A DNA stretch of 64,000 bases, taken from contig CAMDLT010000020.1 in the NCBI GenBank assembly GCA_945901855.1, positions 2,066-66,065 on the forward strand, read 5' to 3'. The stretch comes from Asaia bogorensis (GTDB lineage: Bacteria; Pseudomonadota; Alphaproteobacteria; CACIAM-22H2). Below, piece by piece: positions 37,273-47,394 of this stretch. The position numbers and the translations under genes are program-made. The stretch's first letter is position 1. Each line of letters begins with the position of its first letter. Under the pieces are notes generated by a model. The model was not told where the DNA came from, did not search any database, and worked only from the letters and a program-made list of their open reading frames with translations.

Positions 37273-38259
37273 ATGATCGCATTCATCATCCAACGTTTGC
37301 TGCAGGCCGTACTGGTCATGATGGCGGTCGGCTTCGTAGCTTTTTCGTTGTTCGCCTATGTCGGCGATCCCGTGTCAATCATGTTGGGCCAGGATTTCAC
37401 CGAAGAGGCGCGCATCCGCCTCGTGCGCGATCTTGGCCTCGATCAGCCGTTTTTCGTCCAGTATTTCAATTTTCTCGGCAAGGCGGTGCAGGGCGAATTC
37501 GGCATTTCGTACCGCTTGGCGCGCCCGGTCTCGGATTTGCTGATGGAACGCCTGCCGGCCACGCTCGAACTGTCGCTTTGCGCTGCGGTTCTGGCCTTGG
37601 CGGTCGGCGTGCCGATGGGCGTCTATACCGGCCTCAACCGCGACACTTGGTTGTCGCGGCTGATGCTGACGGTGAGCCTGGTGGGCGTGTCGTTGCCCAC
37701 CTTTCTGATCGGTATTTTGCTGATTCTGGTCTTCTCGGTGCTGCTCGGGTGGCTGCCGTCGTTCGGGCGCGGGACGACCGTGGCACTCGGCTGGTGGACA
37801 ACGGGCTTCCTGACGCCCACCGGGATCCGCGCCCTGATCCTGCCGTCGATTACGCTCGCCTTGTTCCAGATGACGCTGATCATGCGGCTGGTGCGCTCGG
37901 AGATGCTCGAGGTGCTGCGAACGGATTACATCAAATTCGCGCGGGCGCGCGGGCTATCGAACCGCGCCATCAATTTCGGCCACGCGCTCAAGAACACGCT
38001 GGTGCCTGTCATCACGATCACGGGCTTGCAGCTCGGCGGCATCATCGCCTTCGCGATCGTGACCGAAACCGTGTTCCAGTGGCCCGGCATGGGCTTCTTG
38101 TTCATCCAGTCGGTGTCGGCCGCCGACGTGCCTGTGATGGCTGCCTATCTGATTCTGATCGCGTTCTTCTTCGTTCTTATCAACCTGATTGTCGATCTGC
38201 TGTACTACGCCGTCGATCCGCGCTTGCGCATCGATCGCGGAACGGCGGGCGGCCATTGA
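37273..38259 (+). CDS. ABC transporter permease, DppB-like.
   Basis: 328 aa from MIAFIIQRLLQAVLVMMAVGFVAFSLFAYVGDP, multi-TM. Confidence 0.85.
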   Translation: MIAFIIQRLLQAVLVMMAVGFVAFSLFAYVGDPVSIMLGQDFTEEARIRLVRDLGLDQPFFVQYFNFLGKAVQGEFGISYRLARPVSDLLMERLPATLELSLCAAVLALAVGVPMGVYTGLNRDTWLSRLMLTVSLVGVSLPTFLIGILLILVFSVLLGWLPSFGRGTTVALGWWTTGFLTPTGIRALILPSITLALFQMTLIMRLVRSEMLEVLRTDYIKFARARGLSNRAINFGHALKNTLVPVITITGLQLGGIIAFAIVTETVFQWPGMGFLFIQSVSAADVPVMAAYLILIAFFFVLINLIVDLLYYAVDPRLRIDRGTAGGH

Positions 38260-38276
38260 TCGGGAAGGAACCTGCA

Positions 38277-39188
38277 ATGGACGCCATTCGCCGCTTGGTC
38301 GACAGCGACATCTTCTACAGCTTCAGCAAATCGCCTGTCATCATCGTGGCGGCGATCGTGACGGTCGTCTTTTTTGCAGGCGCCGTGTTTGCGCCCTTTT
38401 TGGCGCCTCAAAACCCTTTCGATCTGCGTCAGCTCAATTTGATGGACTCCTCGCTGCCGCCCGCGTGGACCGCCGAGGGTGTCGCCAAATATCCGCTCGG
38501 CACCGACACCCAAGGGCGCGATGTTTTCTCCACCATCCTGTTCGGCAGCCGCATATCTTTGCTGGTTGGCATTCTGTCGGTCGTATTTGCGATGGTGCTT
38601 GGCATCGCGCTTGGACTGCTCGCGGGCTACATGGGCGGCACGGTTGATGCCCTGATCATGCGGGTGGCCGACGTGCAACTCTCGTTTCCCGCCATTCTGA
38701 TCGCGTTGTTGATCGACGGCGTGGCGCGCGTGGTTATCCCGCGCGAGATGCACCACGAGATAGCAATCTACGTGCTGATTTTGGCGATCGGATTTTCGGG
38801 CTGGGTTCAGTACGCGCGCACGGTGCGCGGTTCCTGCATGGTCGAGAAAAGCAAGGAATACGTGCAAGCCGCGCGCGTGATCGGCCGCCATCCGGTGGCG
38901 ATCATGCTCAAACACGTGCTGCCCAACGTGCTGGGGCCCGTGCTGGTCATTGCCACGATCCATCTGGCGCTTGCGATCATCACGGAAGCAACGCTCTCGT
39001 TCCTGGGCGTGGGCGTGCCGCCGACGGAGCCGTCGCTCGGAACGCTGATCCGCATCGGTAACAACTATCTGTTTTCGGGCGAATGGTGGATCACCGTTTT
39101 TCCGGGTCTTGCCCTCGTGATTATGGTTCTTGCGGTGAATCTGCTGGGCGACTGGCTGCGCGACGCTCTCAACCCGAAACTGCGCTAG
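38277..39188 (+). CDS. ABC transporter permease, DppC-like.
   Basis: 303 aa from MDAIRRLVDSDIF, ending ...VNLLGDWLRDALNPKLR. Start placed by codon arithmetic. Confidence 0.85.
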   Translation: MDAIRRLVDSDIFYSFSKSPVIIVAAIVTVVFFAGAVFAPFLAPQNPFDLRQLNLMDSSLPPAWTAEGVAKYPLGTDTQGRDVFSTILFGSRISLLVGILSVVFAMVLGIALGLLAGYMGGTVDALIMRVADVQLSFPAILIALLIDGVARVVIPREMHHEIAIYVLILAIGFSGWVQYARTVRGSCMVEKSKEYVQAARVIGRHPVAIMLKHVLPNVLGPVLVIATIHLALAIITEATLSFLGVGVPPTEPSLGTLIRIGNNYLFSGEWWITVFPGLALVIMVLAVNLLGDWLRDALNPKLR

Positions 39189-39196
39189 AGGTGGGC

Positions 39197-40195
39197 ATGC
39201 AAACGCGTTCCGATAGGCCGCTGCTGGAAGTCAAAAATCTGCGCGTCGAGTTCCCGACGCGCCGCGGCACGCTCGTGGCAGTCGACGATATCTCGTTTTC
39301 GATCGCGCCCGGCGAAGTGCTCGGCGTTGTCGGCGAATCGGGTGCCGGCAAGTCGCTGACCGGTGCCGCAATCATCGGCTTGCTCGAGCCGCCGGGCCGG
39401 ATTGCGGGCGGAGAAATTCTGCTCGACGGCCAGCGTATCGACAATCTGCCGTACGAGAAGATGCGCCGCATTCGCGGAAAAGAGATCGGTGCGGTGTTCC
39501 AGGACCCGCTGACATCGCTCAATCCGCTTTACACGGTCGGCCGCCAGATCGTCGAAACGATCATGACGCATCTCGATATGTCGGAATCTCAGGCGCGCGA
39601 TCGCGCGATCGGCCTGTTGCAAGACGTCGGCATTCCGGCCCCCGATCGCCGCATCGACCACTATCCGCATCAGTTTTCGGGCGGCATGCGCCAGCGCGTG
39701 GTGATTGCGCTGGCGTTGTGCGCCAATCCGCGCTTGATCGTCGCCGACGAGCCCACCACGGCGCTCGACGTGTCCATCCAGGCGCAGATCATCACGCTGA
39801 TCAAGCGGCTGTGCCGCGAAAACGGCACGGCGGTGATGCTGGTCACGCACGACATGGGTGTAATTGCCGAAACGGCGGACCGCGTGGCAGTCATGTATGC
39901 GGGCCGTATCGCCGAAATTGGCCCGGTGCGCGACGTGATCCAGCGCGCCAAGCATCCCTATACCGACGGGCTTATGGGCTCCATCCCGAAGCTTGGCAAT
40001 GCGCCTGCGCGCCTCGCGCAGATTGACGGCGCCATGCCGCGTTTGACGGCGATCCCCAAAGGCTGCGCGTTCAATCCGCGCTGCGCGAAAAAATTCGAAC
40101 CCTGCACGCAACTGCGCCCTGATCCGATCTCGGTCGAGGGCACCGATGTTGCGTGCTGGCTTTACGACCGGACCAAAAAGGCGGCTGCCGAATGA
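39197..40195 (+). CDS. ABC transporter ATPase, DppD-like.
   Basis: 332 aa from [36 protein letters not shown], and the C-terminal oligopeptide-transporter extension. Confidence 0.85.
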   Translation: MQTRSDRPLLEVKNLRVEFPTRRGTLVAVDDISFSIAPGEVLGVVGESGAGKSLTGAAIIGLLEPPGRIAGGEILLDGQRIDNLPYEKMRRIRGKEIGAVFQDPLTSLNPLYTVGRQIVETIMTHLDMSESQARDRAIGLLQDVGIPAPDRRIDHYPHQFSGGMRQRVVIALALCANPRLIVADEPTTALDVSIQAQIITLIKRLCRENGTAVMLVTHDMGVIAETADRVAVMYAGRIAEIGPVRDVIQRAKHPYTDGLMGSIPKLGNAPARLAQIDGAMPRLTAIPKGCAFNPRCAKKFEPCTQLRPDPISVEGTDVACWLYDRTKKAAAE

Positions 40196-41256
40196 ACGAC
40201 CAATCCGCAAAGTCGTCGCAGACGTTGGTCGTCGCCAAGGGGCTGGCGCGCTATTTCGACGTCTCGAAGCCGTTATTGAATCGCCTGCTTGAAAAATTGC
40301 CGCGCCAGACGCTGCGCGCGGTCGACGGTGTGGATTTCACGATCGACAAAGGCGAAACGCTGTCTTTCGTGGGCGAGTCTGGCTGCGGGAAATCCACGCT
40401 GGCGCGCCTTGTCGTCGGGCTTTATCCGCCGTCGCGCGGCACGATGGAGTTCGACGGCACGGACATGGCGAAGCTCGGTTCGGCGGCGGATGCTGGCCTC
40501 ATCCGCAAGCGCTTCCAGATGATCTTTCAGGACCCCTATGCCAGCCTCAATCCGCGCTGGCGCGTCGGAAAAATTATCGCCGAACCCATCGTCGTGCACG
40601 GGCTGATGCGCGATCGGACGGAGATCCGCAAGCGTGTGGACGAGCTGTTGCGTCAGGTCGGTCTGGCGCCGGCCGACCAGGAGAAATTTCCGCACGAATT
40701 TTCCGGCGGCCAGCGCCAACGCATTTCCATCGCGCGCGCTTTGTCGTCGAACCCCGAATTCTTGGTCTGCGATGAGCCGACCTCGGCGCTCGACGTGTCG
40801 GTACAGGCGCAGATTCTGAATTTGATGAAGGATCTGCAGCGCGAGTTGGGCCTGACCTACTTGTTCATCAGCCACAATCTGGCGGTCGTCTATTACATCT
40901 CCGACCGCGTGGGCGTCATGTATCTTGGCAAGCTTGTCGAGATCGCAGACGTCAAGACGCTGTTCTCGCGCCCGGTACATCCCTACACGCGCATGCTGCT
41001 GGACGCGATTCCCGATCTCGACATGTCGGGGCGGCCGCGCACGCCGGTGGCAGGCGAAGTGCCCAACCCGATCAATCCGCCATCGGGTTGCACGTTCCAT
41101 CCGCGCTGTCCGCACGCAAACGACCGTTGCCGCGCGGAAGCGCCGGTTGCCAAACGCGTCATGACCGGTGCGGTTGTGGCGTGCCACGCGGCCGAAGAAG
41201 GGCGTTTGCCGGACGTCGTGCGCAGCGCCGCAGCGCCGCCAAACCCGCTGCAATAA
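40192..41256 (+). CDS. ABC transporter ATPase, DppF-like.
   Basis: 354 aa from MNDQSAKSSQTLVV. GESGCGKST, FSGGQRQRI. Its start overlaps the DppD stop (ATGA). Confidence 0.85.
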   Translation: MNDQSAKSSQTLVVAKGLARYFDVSKPLLNRLLEKLPRQTLRAVDGVDFTIDKGETLSFVGESGCGKSTLARLVVGLYPPSRGTMEFDGTDMAKLGSAADAGLIRKRFQMIFQDPYASLNPRWRVGKIIAEPIVVHGLMRDRTEIRKRVDELLRQVGLAPADQEKFPHEFSGGQRQRISIARALSSNPEFLVCDEPTSALDVSVQAQILNLMKDLQRELGLTYLFISHNLAVVYYISDRVGVMYLGKLVEIADVKTLFSRPVHPYTRMLLDAIPDLDMSGRPRTPVAGEVPNPINPPSGCTFHPRCPHANDRCRAEAPVAKRVMTGAVVACHAAEEGRLPDVVRSAAAPPNPLQ

Positions 41257-41294
41257 AGCTGTCGCGTTTTGCAGTTGCTGCGCAGCGGCGACGC

Positions 41295-42497
41295 TCAGAC
41301 GGGGCGGGTCGGAAAGCCTGCTCCGTTGAGCGCTTCGATCAGCCGCGTGCCGTGCGTGCGCTCGATGACTTCGACCGTCGTTTCGATCACGACGCTTTTG
41401 GCGGATTTTTCGTTGAAGATCCGCTGATGCTCGATTTCGATGATGTTGCCCCCGCCGTCGCCGATCCGGCGTGCCACTTCCGCCAAAGCGCCAGGACGGT
41501 CGGCAATGTCGACTTCCAGGCGCAGCAAACGCCCGTCGCGCGCAAGGCCGCGCAGCAGTACGCTTGAGAGCACGCGCGTGTCGATATTGCCGCCGCAGAG
41601 CACCATGCCGATGCGTCGGCCCTTGAAGCGGTCGCGATGCGCCAAAATTGCCGCCAAGCCGGCGGCGCCCGCCCCTTCGGCAACGGTTTTTTCGATTTCA
41701 ATCAGCAGCACGATCGCGCGCTCGACCTCAAGTTCGTCGACGACGAGCACTTCGCGAACGTCGCGTTCGATCGTGGGCCAGCATTCGGCGCCGATTTCGG
41801 CAACCGCAATCCCTTCGGCAATGGTTGTCCCGCCGGTGCGCGCGGGTTGGCCCGCTTTGCGCTGGGCCGCCGCCGCAAATGACGCGACCTCGACGCCGTA
41901 GATATCGATGCTCGGCTTGATCGACTTGGCGGCAATGGTACAGCCCGCGATCATGCCGCCGCCGCCGACCGGGATCACCAAAGCGTCGAGATCGGGCCAG
42001 TCGGCGAGCATTTCCAAAGCGAGCGTTCCTTGGCCCGCGATGATGGCTGCATCGTCGTACGGATGGACAAAGACGAGCCCTTCGCGTTTGGCGAGGTCGC
42101 GGGCAAAGGCGGCGGCTTCGGCTAATGTCTCGCCCTCGAGCACGACTTTGGCGCCGTGATGGCGCGTTGCGGCGATCTTCGCGTTGGGCGTTATCTTGGG
42201 CATCACGATCGTGGCCGCAATGCCGAGACGCTTGGCATGGTACGCGACCGCTTGCGCGTGGTTTCCTGCCGACATGGCGATAACGCCGCGCTCGCGTTCG
42301 CCCGCATCGAGCTGCAGCAGTTTGTTGAGCGCACCCCGTTCTTTGAAGGACGAAATGAACTGCAGATTTTCGAATTTGATCCAGAGCTCGCAACCCGCGA
42401 TCTTCGACAGCGTGCCGCTATAGATCGTGGGCGTGCGCAGCACTTGGCCTTCGATGCGGGCCGCAGCTGTACGAATGTCGGCAGCGCTCACGGACAT
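41295..42497 (-). CDS. Threonine ammonia-lyase (PLP fold-type II; IlvA/TdcB family, single-ACT short form).
   Basis: 400 aa. PLP-lysine region ENLQFISSFKERGALNKL. Glycine-rich loop VIPVGGGGMIAG. C-terminal regulatory-like domain. Confidence 0.75.
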   Translation of the reverse strand: MSVSAADIRTAAARIEGQVLRTPTIYSGTLSKIAGCELWIKFENLQFISSFKERGALNKLLQLDAGERERGVIAMSAGNHAQAVAYHAKRLGIAATIVMPKITPNAKIAATRHHGAKVVLEGETLAEAAAFARDLAKREGLVFVHPYDDAAIIAGQGTLALEMLADWPDLDALVIPVGGGGMIAGCTIAAKSIKPSIDIYGVEVASFAAAAQRKAGQPARTGGTTIAEGIAVAEIGAECWPTIERDVREVLVVDELEVERAIVLLIEIEKTVAEGAGAAGLAAILAHRDRFKGRRIGMVLCGGNIDTRVLSSVLLRGLARDGRLLRLEVDIADRPGALAEVARRIGDGGGNIIEIEHQRIFNEKSAKSVVIETTVEVIERTHGTRLIEALNGAGFPTRPV

Positions 42498-42499
42498 GG

Positions 42500-43933
42500 C
42501 TATTTGCGCCCGTAGCTGTCTTCAAGGCGCACGATATCGTCCTCGCCCAAATAGCCGCCCGACTGCACTTCGATGATATGCAGTATTTCGGTACCCGGGT
42601 TCTCCAGCCGGTGCACGCAGCCGACCGGAATGTAGGTGGACATGTTCTCGCGCAGGACAAGCGTATCGTCGTCGCGCGTGACGCGCGCAACGCCGCTTAC
42701 CACCACCCAGTGTTCCGCGCGCTGGGCATGCTTCTGCAGCGAAATTTTGGCGCCCGGTTTTACGGTCAGGCGCTTGACCTGGAAGCGCGGTCCCATGTCG
42801 ATGCTTTGGTAGCTGCCCCAGGGGCGGTGGACCACGACATGCGATGTCGCTTCGCTGCGCTGGTCGGCCTTCAGCCGATCGACGATCTTTTTGACGTCTT
42901 GGGCGCGGTCGCGGTTGGCGACCATGACGACGTCGCGCGTCGCGATCACGACCAGATCCTCGACCCCGACGGCCGTCAGCAGTTTGTATTCGCTGCGCAG
43001 ATAGGAATTGCGCGTGTCGTTGGCAACGACGTCGCCGACCAGCACGTTGCCGTCGGAATCGCGCGGGCCCAAATCCCACAGCGCATTCCAAGCGCCCACG
43101 TCCGACCAGCCCAGCGCTGCCGGAACGACCGCCGACAGGCGCGTGCGTTCCATGACGGCATAGTCGATCGACTTGGACGGAGCGGCCGCAAAAATCTCCT
43201 TGTCCAGCCGCACGAAATCCAAATCGCGCGCGGCTTGTTCCACCGACTTTGCGGCGGCGGCGGCGATGGCGGGTTCGAACTGGGCAAGTTCGGTAAGGAA
43301 CGTGCGCGCCGAAAACAGAAACATGCCCGAATTCCAGCTCCATCCGCCTTCCGCGAGATAGGCTTTGGCCGTTGCCAGGTCGGGCTTTTCAACGAAGCGC
43401 GCGACGGCGTATGCGCCGACCGGTGCGGCCATTGCAGCGCCCCGTTTGATGTAGCCATACCCTGTTTCGGGAGCGGACGGATCGATCCCGAAGGTCACCA
43501 AGCGGCCCGCAGCGACAGCCTGCTGCGCGGTCGCTACGGCCGCCGCGAACGCCGCGACATCGCCGACAACGTGGTCCGAGGGCAGCAGCATCATCGTCTC
43601 GTCCGGCTGCAGCAAGGCGGCCGCCGCGGCTGCCGCCGGTGCCGTGTTGCGGCCGACAGGTTCGAGGACGATCGCGCGCGGCACGATGCCAATCTCGCGC
43701 AGCTGTTCGGCGATGATAAATCGATGCTCTTCGTTGCACACCACGATGGGCGCGCCGAATGGACCCCCGCTGGCGCGCAGGGCCGTTTCCTGGATCATCG
43801 TCTTGGTGCCAGTCAGCGGCAGTAGCTGCTTGGGGTAAAGTTCGCGCGACAAAGGCCACAGGCGCGTTCCGGCACCGCCCGAAAGGATAATGGGAACGAT
43901 CGGTTGGAACATCGATAAAACCTCTTGCTGCAA
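42500..43933 (-). CDS. manC: Mannose-1-phosphate guanylyltransferase / mannose-6-phosphate isomerase (bifunctional type-II PMI-GMP).
   Basis: The N-terminal nucleotidyltransferase motif IILSGGAGTRLWPLSR plus a C-terminal cupin domain (IPVGCVHRLENPG). The start may instead be the internal M at 43912. Confidence 0.8.
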   Translation of the reverse strand: MQQEVLSMFQPIVPIILSGGAGTRLWPLSRELYPKQLLPLTGTKTMIQETALRASGGPFGAPIVVCNEEHRFIIAEQLREIGIVPRAIVLEPVGRNTAPAAAAAAALLQPDETMMLLPSDHVVGDVAAFAAAVATAQQAVAAGRLVTFGIDPSAPETGYGYIKRGAAMAAPVGAYAVARFVEKPDLATAKAYLAEGGWSWNSGMFLFSARTFLTELAQFEPAIAAAAAKSVEQAARDLDFVRLDKEIFAAAPSKSIDYAVMERTRLSAVVPAALGWSDVGAWNALWDLGPRDSDGNVLVGDVVANDTRNSYLRSEYKLLTAVGVEDLVVIATRDVVMVANRDRAQDVKKIVDRLKADQRSEATSHVVVHRPWGSYQSIDMGPRFQVKRLTVKPGAKISLQKHAQRAEHWVVVSGVARVTRDDDTLVLRENMSTYIPVGCVHRLENPGTEILHIIEVQSGGYLGEDDIVRLEDSYGRK

Positions 43934-43966
43934 GATTGCCTAGCTAGCGCATTTGGGCGGCGCGGG

Positions 43967-44791
43967 CTAGGGGCGCCGTGCCAACCGTGTCTGCAAGGCG
44001 TCGGCGAGCAAGTTTATTGCCGAAACCGTAATCAAGATGGCCAAGCCCGGCCATAGCGCCAGCCAAGGCGCCTGCCAGATCGTCTCCTGGGCATTGGTCA
44101 GCATATTGCCCCAACTGGCCGCGGGCGGCTGAGTTCCGAGTCCGAGGAACGATAGCACGCTCTCGTACAGGATGGTGCCGCCTGCCGACAGGGCCGTTGC
44201 AACCAGCAGCGGCCCGGCACAACTGGGCAAAATATGAAGCACCATGATACGCGTAGGCCGTGCGCCAAGTGCCGTGGCGGCGCGCACAAAATCGCGATTG
44301 ACGAGTGCCAGCGCCGTTGCGCGCACAAGGCGCGCGACCTTTGGCCAGCCAAATAGGGCCACGATCGCGACAATTCGCCATATACCGCCTTCGCCCGCCG
44401 ATACGATGCCGAGTTTGCCAAGATCGATGGCCGCGAGCACAATCAGCACCGGCAAAACAGGCAACGACAGTACCGCGTCGGTTGCGCGCATCAAGACGTC
44501 GTCGACCGCGCCGCCCAACGTGCCTGCGACCAGCCCGACCAGCGTGCCAACGGCCGCCGCCGCGAGGGCTGCCGCAATGCCGACCAGCAGCGAGACCCGC
44601 GCGCCATAGACCAGCCGCAGCGCCACGTCGCGGCCAAGCTCGTCGGTGCCAAGCGGATGCAGGAGGCTCGGTGCCGCATAGCGTTTGGCAAGATCGATCG
44701 CATCCGGGTCGGCATCGGCGAGCGGCACCAAGGCGGCTGCGGCGACCAGCATCGCCAGCAGGATTGCAGCGACGGCCGTTTGGACCTTCAT
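43967..44791 (-). CDS. ABC transporter permease, DppC-like.
   Basis: 274 aa from MKVQTAVAAILLAMLVAAA, ending ...INLLADALQTRLARRP. It is the 3' part of shadow ORF 43967..45808. Confidence 0.8.
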   Translation of the reverse strand: MKVQTAVAAILLAMLVAAAALVPLADADPDAIDLAKRYAAPSLLHPLGTDELGRDVALRLVYGARVSLLVGIAAALAAAAVGTLVGLVAGTLGGAVDDVLMRATDAVLSLPVLPVLIVLAAIDLGKLGIVSAGEGGIWRIVAIVALFGWPKVARLVRATALALVNRDFVRAATALGARPTRIMVLHILPSCAGPLLVATALSAGGTILYESVLSFLGLGTQPPAASWGNMLTNAQETIWQAPWLALWPGLAILITVSAINLLADALQTRLARRP

Positions 44792-45741
44792 CGCAGACTG
44801 ACGCGCGGATCGAGGAGCGCACAGACAAGATCGGCCGCAAAATTCGCGACCACGACAAGGGCGGCGGCCATCAACAAGCAGACGAGCGCGAGGTTGAAAT
44901 CGCTGCCTAGAATGGCGTCGTAGATCAGCTTGCCCATGCCGGGATACGCAAAGATCGTCTCCGTCACCAGAGCGCCCGAAAACAGCCCGCCAAAGCCGAG
45001 GGCCGCAACGGTTGCGACTGGAATCGTGGCGTTGCGAAACACATGCCCCCACAGCACGCGGGCGGGCGAAGCGCCTTTTGCCCGTGCGGTGCGCACCCAA
45101 TCCTGGGCAAGCGCCTCGCTGGCCGCTGCGCGCATATGGCGCGCATATTCGCCGACTTCCACCAGGGCCAAGGTCGCGACCGGCAAAATCAGTCCGAGCG
45201 CGCGTGCCGCAAACCCGGATTCGCCGGGCGGCGGAAGCGCGCTCGCCGGCAGCCAGCCAAGCACTACGGCAAACACGATAATCAGCATCAGTCCGAGCCA
45301 AAAAGACGGGGTTGCAGCCGATACGAACGCAAAGCTGTTGATGGCGCTGTCGATTGCGGTGCCGCGGCGGGCCGCCGCCGCGAGACCCAATGGAATGCCG
45401 AGCAGCAAGGCGAATGCGAATGCGACGAGCATCAGCAAGGCCGTGTTTGCAAATGCCGACGCAAGTGCCGCCAAAACGGGCTTCGAGTAAAGGCGGCTGT
45501 AGCCAAAATCGCCCTGCATTGCCGCCAGCGCCCAATCGGCATAGCGCGACAGGATCGGCCGGTCGATGCCGTAGAGTTCGCGCAGGCGCTTGATGTCGTC
45601 CGGCGTGATCTGCGGATTGCCGGACGCCATCAGATCGATCGGATCGCCCGGCATCAGACCCAACAAAACATAGATTGCAAAACTCGCGGCAACCAGCACG
45701 AGCAGTCCTTGCAGTGCGCGCGCGAGCGCAAAACGCATCAT
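44788..45741 (-). CDS. ABC transporter permease, DppB-like.
   Basis: 317 aa from MMRFALARALQGLLVLVAASFAIYVLLGLMPGDP. Its stop overlaps the start of the downstream permease. Confidence 0.8.
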   Translation of the reverse strand: MMRFALARALQGLLVLVAASFAIYVLLGLMPGDPIDLMASGNPQITPDDIKRLRELYGIDRPILSRYADWALAAMQGDFGYSRLYSKPVLAALASAFANTALLMLVAFAFALLLGIPLGLAAAARRGTAIDSAINSFAFVSAATPSFWLGLMLIIVFAVVLGWLPASALPPPGESGFAARALGLILPVATLALVEVGEYARHMRAAASEALAQDWVRTARAKGASPARVLWGHVFRNATIPVATVAALGFGGLFSGALVTETIFAYPGMGKLIYDAILGSDFNLALVCLLMAAALVVVANFAADLVCALLDPRVSLR

Positions 45742-47390
45742 TTCGAATGCCAGTGCTCGACGCGCATGCTGGACTGGTACTGGTGCCCGGTCGGCTCGAT
45801 ACCGCCAAGCCATTTGGGAATCACGAACGCGTCGGCGCGGAAGAACAGCGGCATGACCCAGGCTTCGGCCGCATAAATCTCTTGCATGCGCGCCCACATG
45901 CCGACGCGTTTTGCCGGATCGAGCTCGCGCTCGATCGCGTCGATCAGCCGGTCCATCTCGTCGCTGCGAATGCCGGGCTGATTCTGCCCGGCCCAATTGT
46001 TTGCGGCTGTCGGAATGCTTTCCGAGTGCAGTGTGGTGCGCGGCACCGATTGGGGGGCGGATATCCAAGCATACATCGCCAGCTGGAACTTCCGCTGGCG
46101 AATCGTTTCGCCGAAGAATACGCGCGCCGGCTCGTTTTTGATGCGCACTTCGATGCCCGCGCGACGCCATTGCGCCTGCAGCACTTGCTGGACGGTCTCG
46201 CGGATTCGGTTGCCCGAAGTCGTGCCGAATTCGAACGACAGGCGCTCGCCCGCCGCATTTTGGCGCACGCCGTTGACGATGCGGTCGTAGCCTGCCGCCG
46301 CCAGCAGCGCTTGCGCTTGGGCAAGATCGAACGGGTAGGCGGCGATGCTTGCGGCATAGCCCGCGTCTTTGGGGTTGAGGAAGGAGGCGGCAACCGGCTG
46401 CTTCCCCTCGAAAAGCTGGCGCACCAGCGTTTCGCGGTCGCTTGCAAGAATGAGGGCGCGACGGACGCGCCGGTCTTTGAAGGGCGGCAGATCGAGATTG
46501 AGATCGATATGCTCGTAGATCAGGCTCGGCAGATACTGAAAATCGTAGCGCGCCGCATGGCGTTTTTCGAGCGCTAGCGCCTGGTCGAGCGTGAAGCCGA
46601 GTTCGCCAGCGACATAGTCGACGCTGCCCGACAGGAGATTCGCTTCGAGAGCGGCCGTATTTTCGATCGTGCGGACGACGATACGTTTGAAGTGCGGCGC
46701 CTTGCCATGCCACTGCCCGTTGGGCACCAGCATGACCGCAGCCCCTTGCTGCACCTCGGCAATGCGGTAGGGGCCATTGAACAAGGCGGGGTTGGTCGGC
46801 TCCGTATCGAACAGCGTGCGGCGCCGGTAGGTTTCGGGATCGCTGTCGAAGAGCGCGCGTTCGAGATGGTCGGGCAGGAATTCGAACTGGTTGAATTCGT
46901 TGTAGTTGAAGGCGACGCGGTCCTGGGTAAACACGGCCGTGCGTTCGTCGCGCGCTTCGACCTTCAAGATGCGCCGATAGGCTTCACCCGACGCGGCACC
47001 CGAGCGCGGATGTTTGCCCACATCCCACGCCAGGATCGCGTCGCGCGGCGTGACGGGCATGCCGTCGCCCCATTTGACGCCTTCGACAAGCCGAAACGCG
47101 ATCTCGACGCCTTCTTTGCCGTCGGGCAGCGGCACGCGTTTGGCTCCGCCATTTTCGAATGTCGGCAGCGTCTCGCACAAAACGCAGACGAGCCGCCAAT
47201 CCTTGTCGTAGGTCGTCAAGGGCCGCCTCGCCATGTTCAGCACATAGGATTTGGCGGCCATCGAATCGAACATCGGATGCAGCGTGGAGGGGAACTGCGT
47301 GATGCCAATATTGAGCGTGTCGCGCGGCTGGGCGCCAACTTGGCCCATCGCCGCCAGCGCCAAAACGGCTCCCAGCAGGAGTCCCCGCAT
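45738..47390 (-). CDS. ABC transporter substrate-binding protein, SBP family 5.
   Basis: 550 aa from MRGLLLGAVLALAAMGQVGAQP (signal). Family-5 SBP pattern. Its stop overlaps the permease start. It is the 3' part of track ORF 45738..47699. Confidence 0.8.
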   Translation of the reverse strand: MRGLLLGAVLALAAMGQVGAQPRDTLNIGITQFPSTLHPMFDSMAAKSYVLNMARRPLTTYDKDWRLVCVLCETLPTFENGGAKRVPLPDGKEGVEIAFRLVEGVKWGDGMPVTPRDAILAWDVGKHPRSGAASGEAYRRILKVEARDERTAVFTQDRVAFNYNEFNQFEFLPDHLERALFDSDPETYRRRTLFDTEPTNPALFNGPYRIAEVQQGAAVMLVPNGQWHGKAPHFKRIVVRTIENTAALEANLLSGSVDYVAGELGFTLDQALALEKRHAARYDFQYLPSLIYEHIDLNLDLPPFKDRRVRRALILASDRETLVRQLFEGKQPVAASFLNPKDAGYAASIAAYPFDLAQAQALLAAAGYDRIVNGVRQNAAGERLSFEFGTTSGNRIRETVQQVLQAQWRRAGIEVRIKNEPARVFFGETIRQRKFQLAMYAWISAPQSVPRTTLHSESIPTAANNWAGQNQPGIRSDEMDRLIDAIERELDPAKRVGMWARMQEIYAAEAWVMPLFFRADAFVIPKWLGGIEPTGHQYQSSMRVEHWHSK

Positions 47391-47394
47391 GGCG

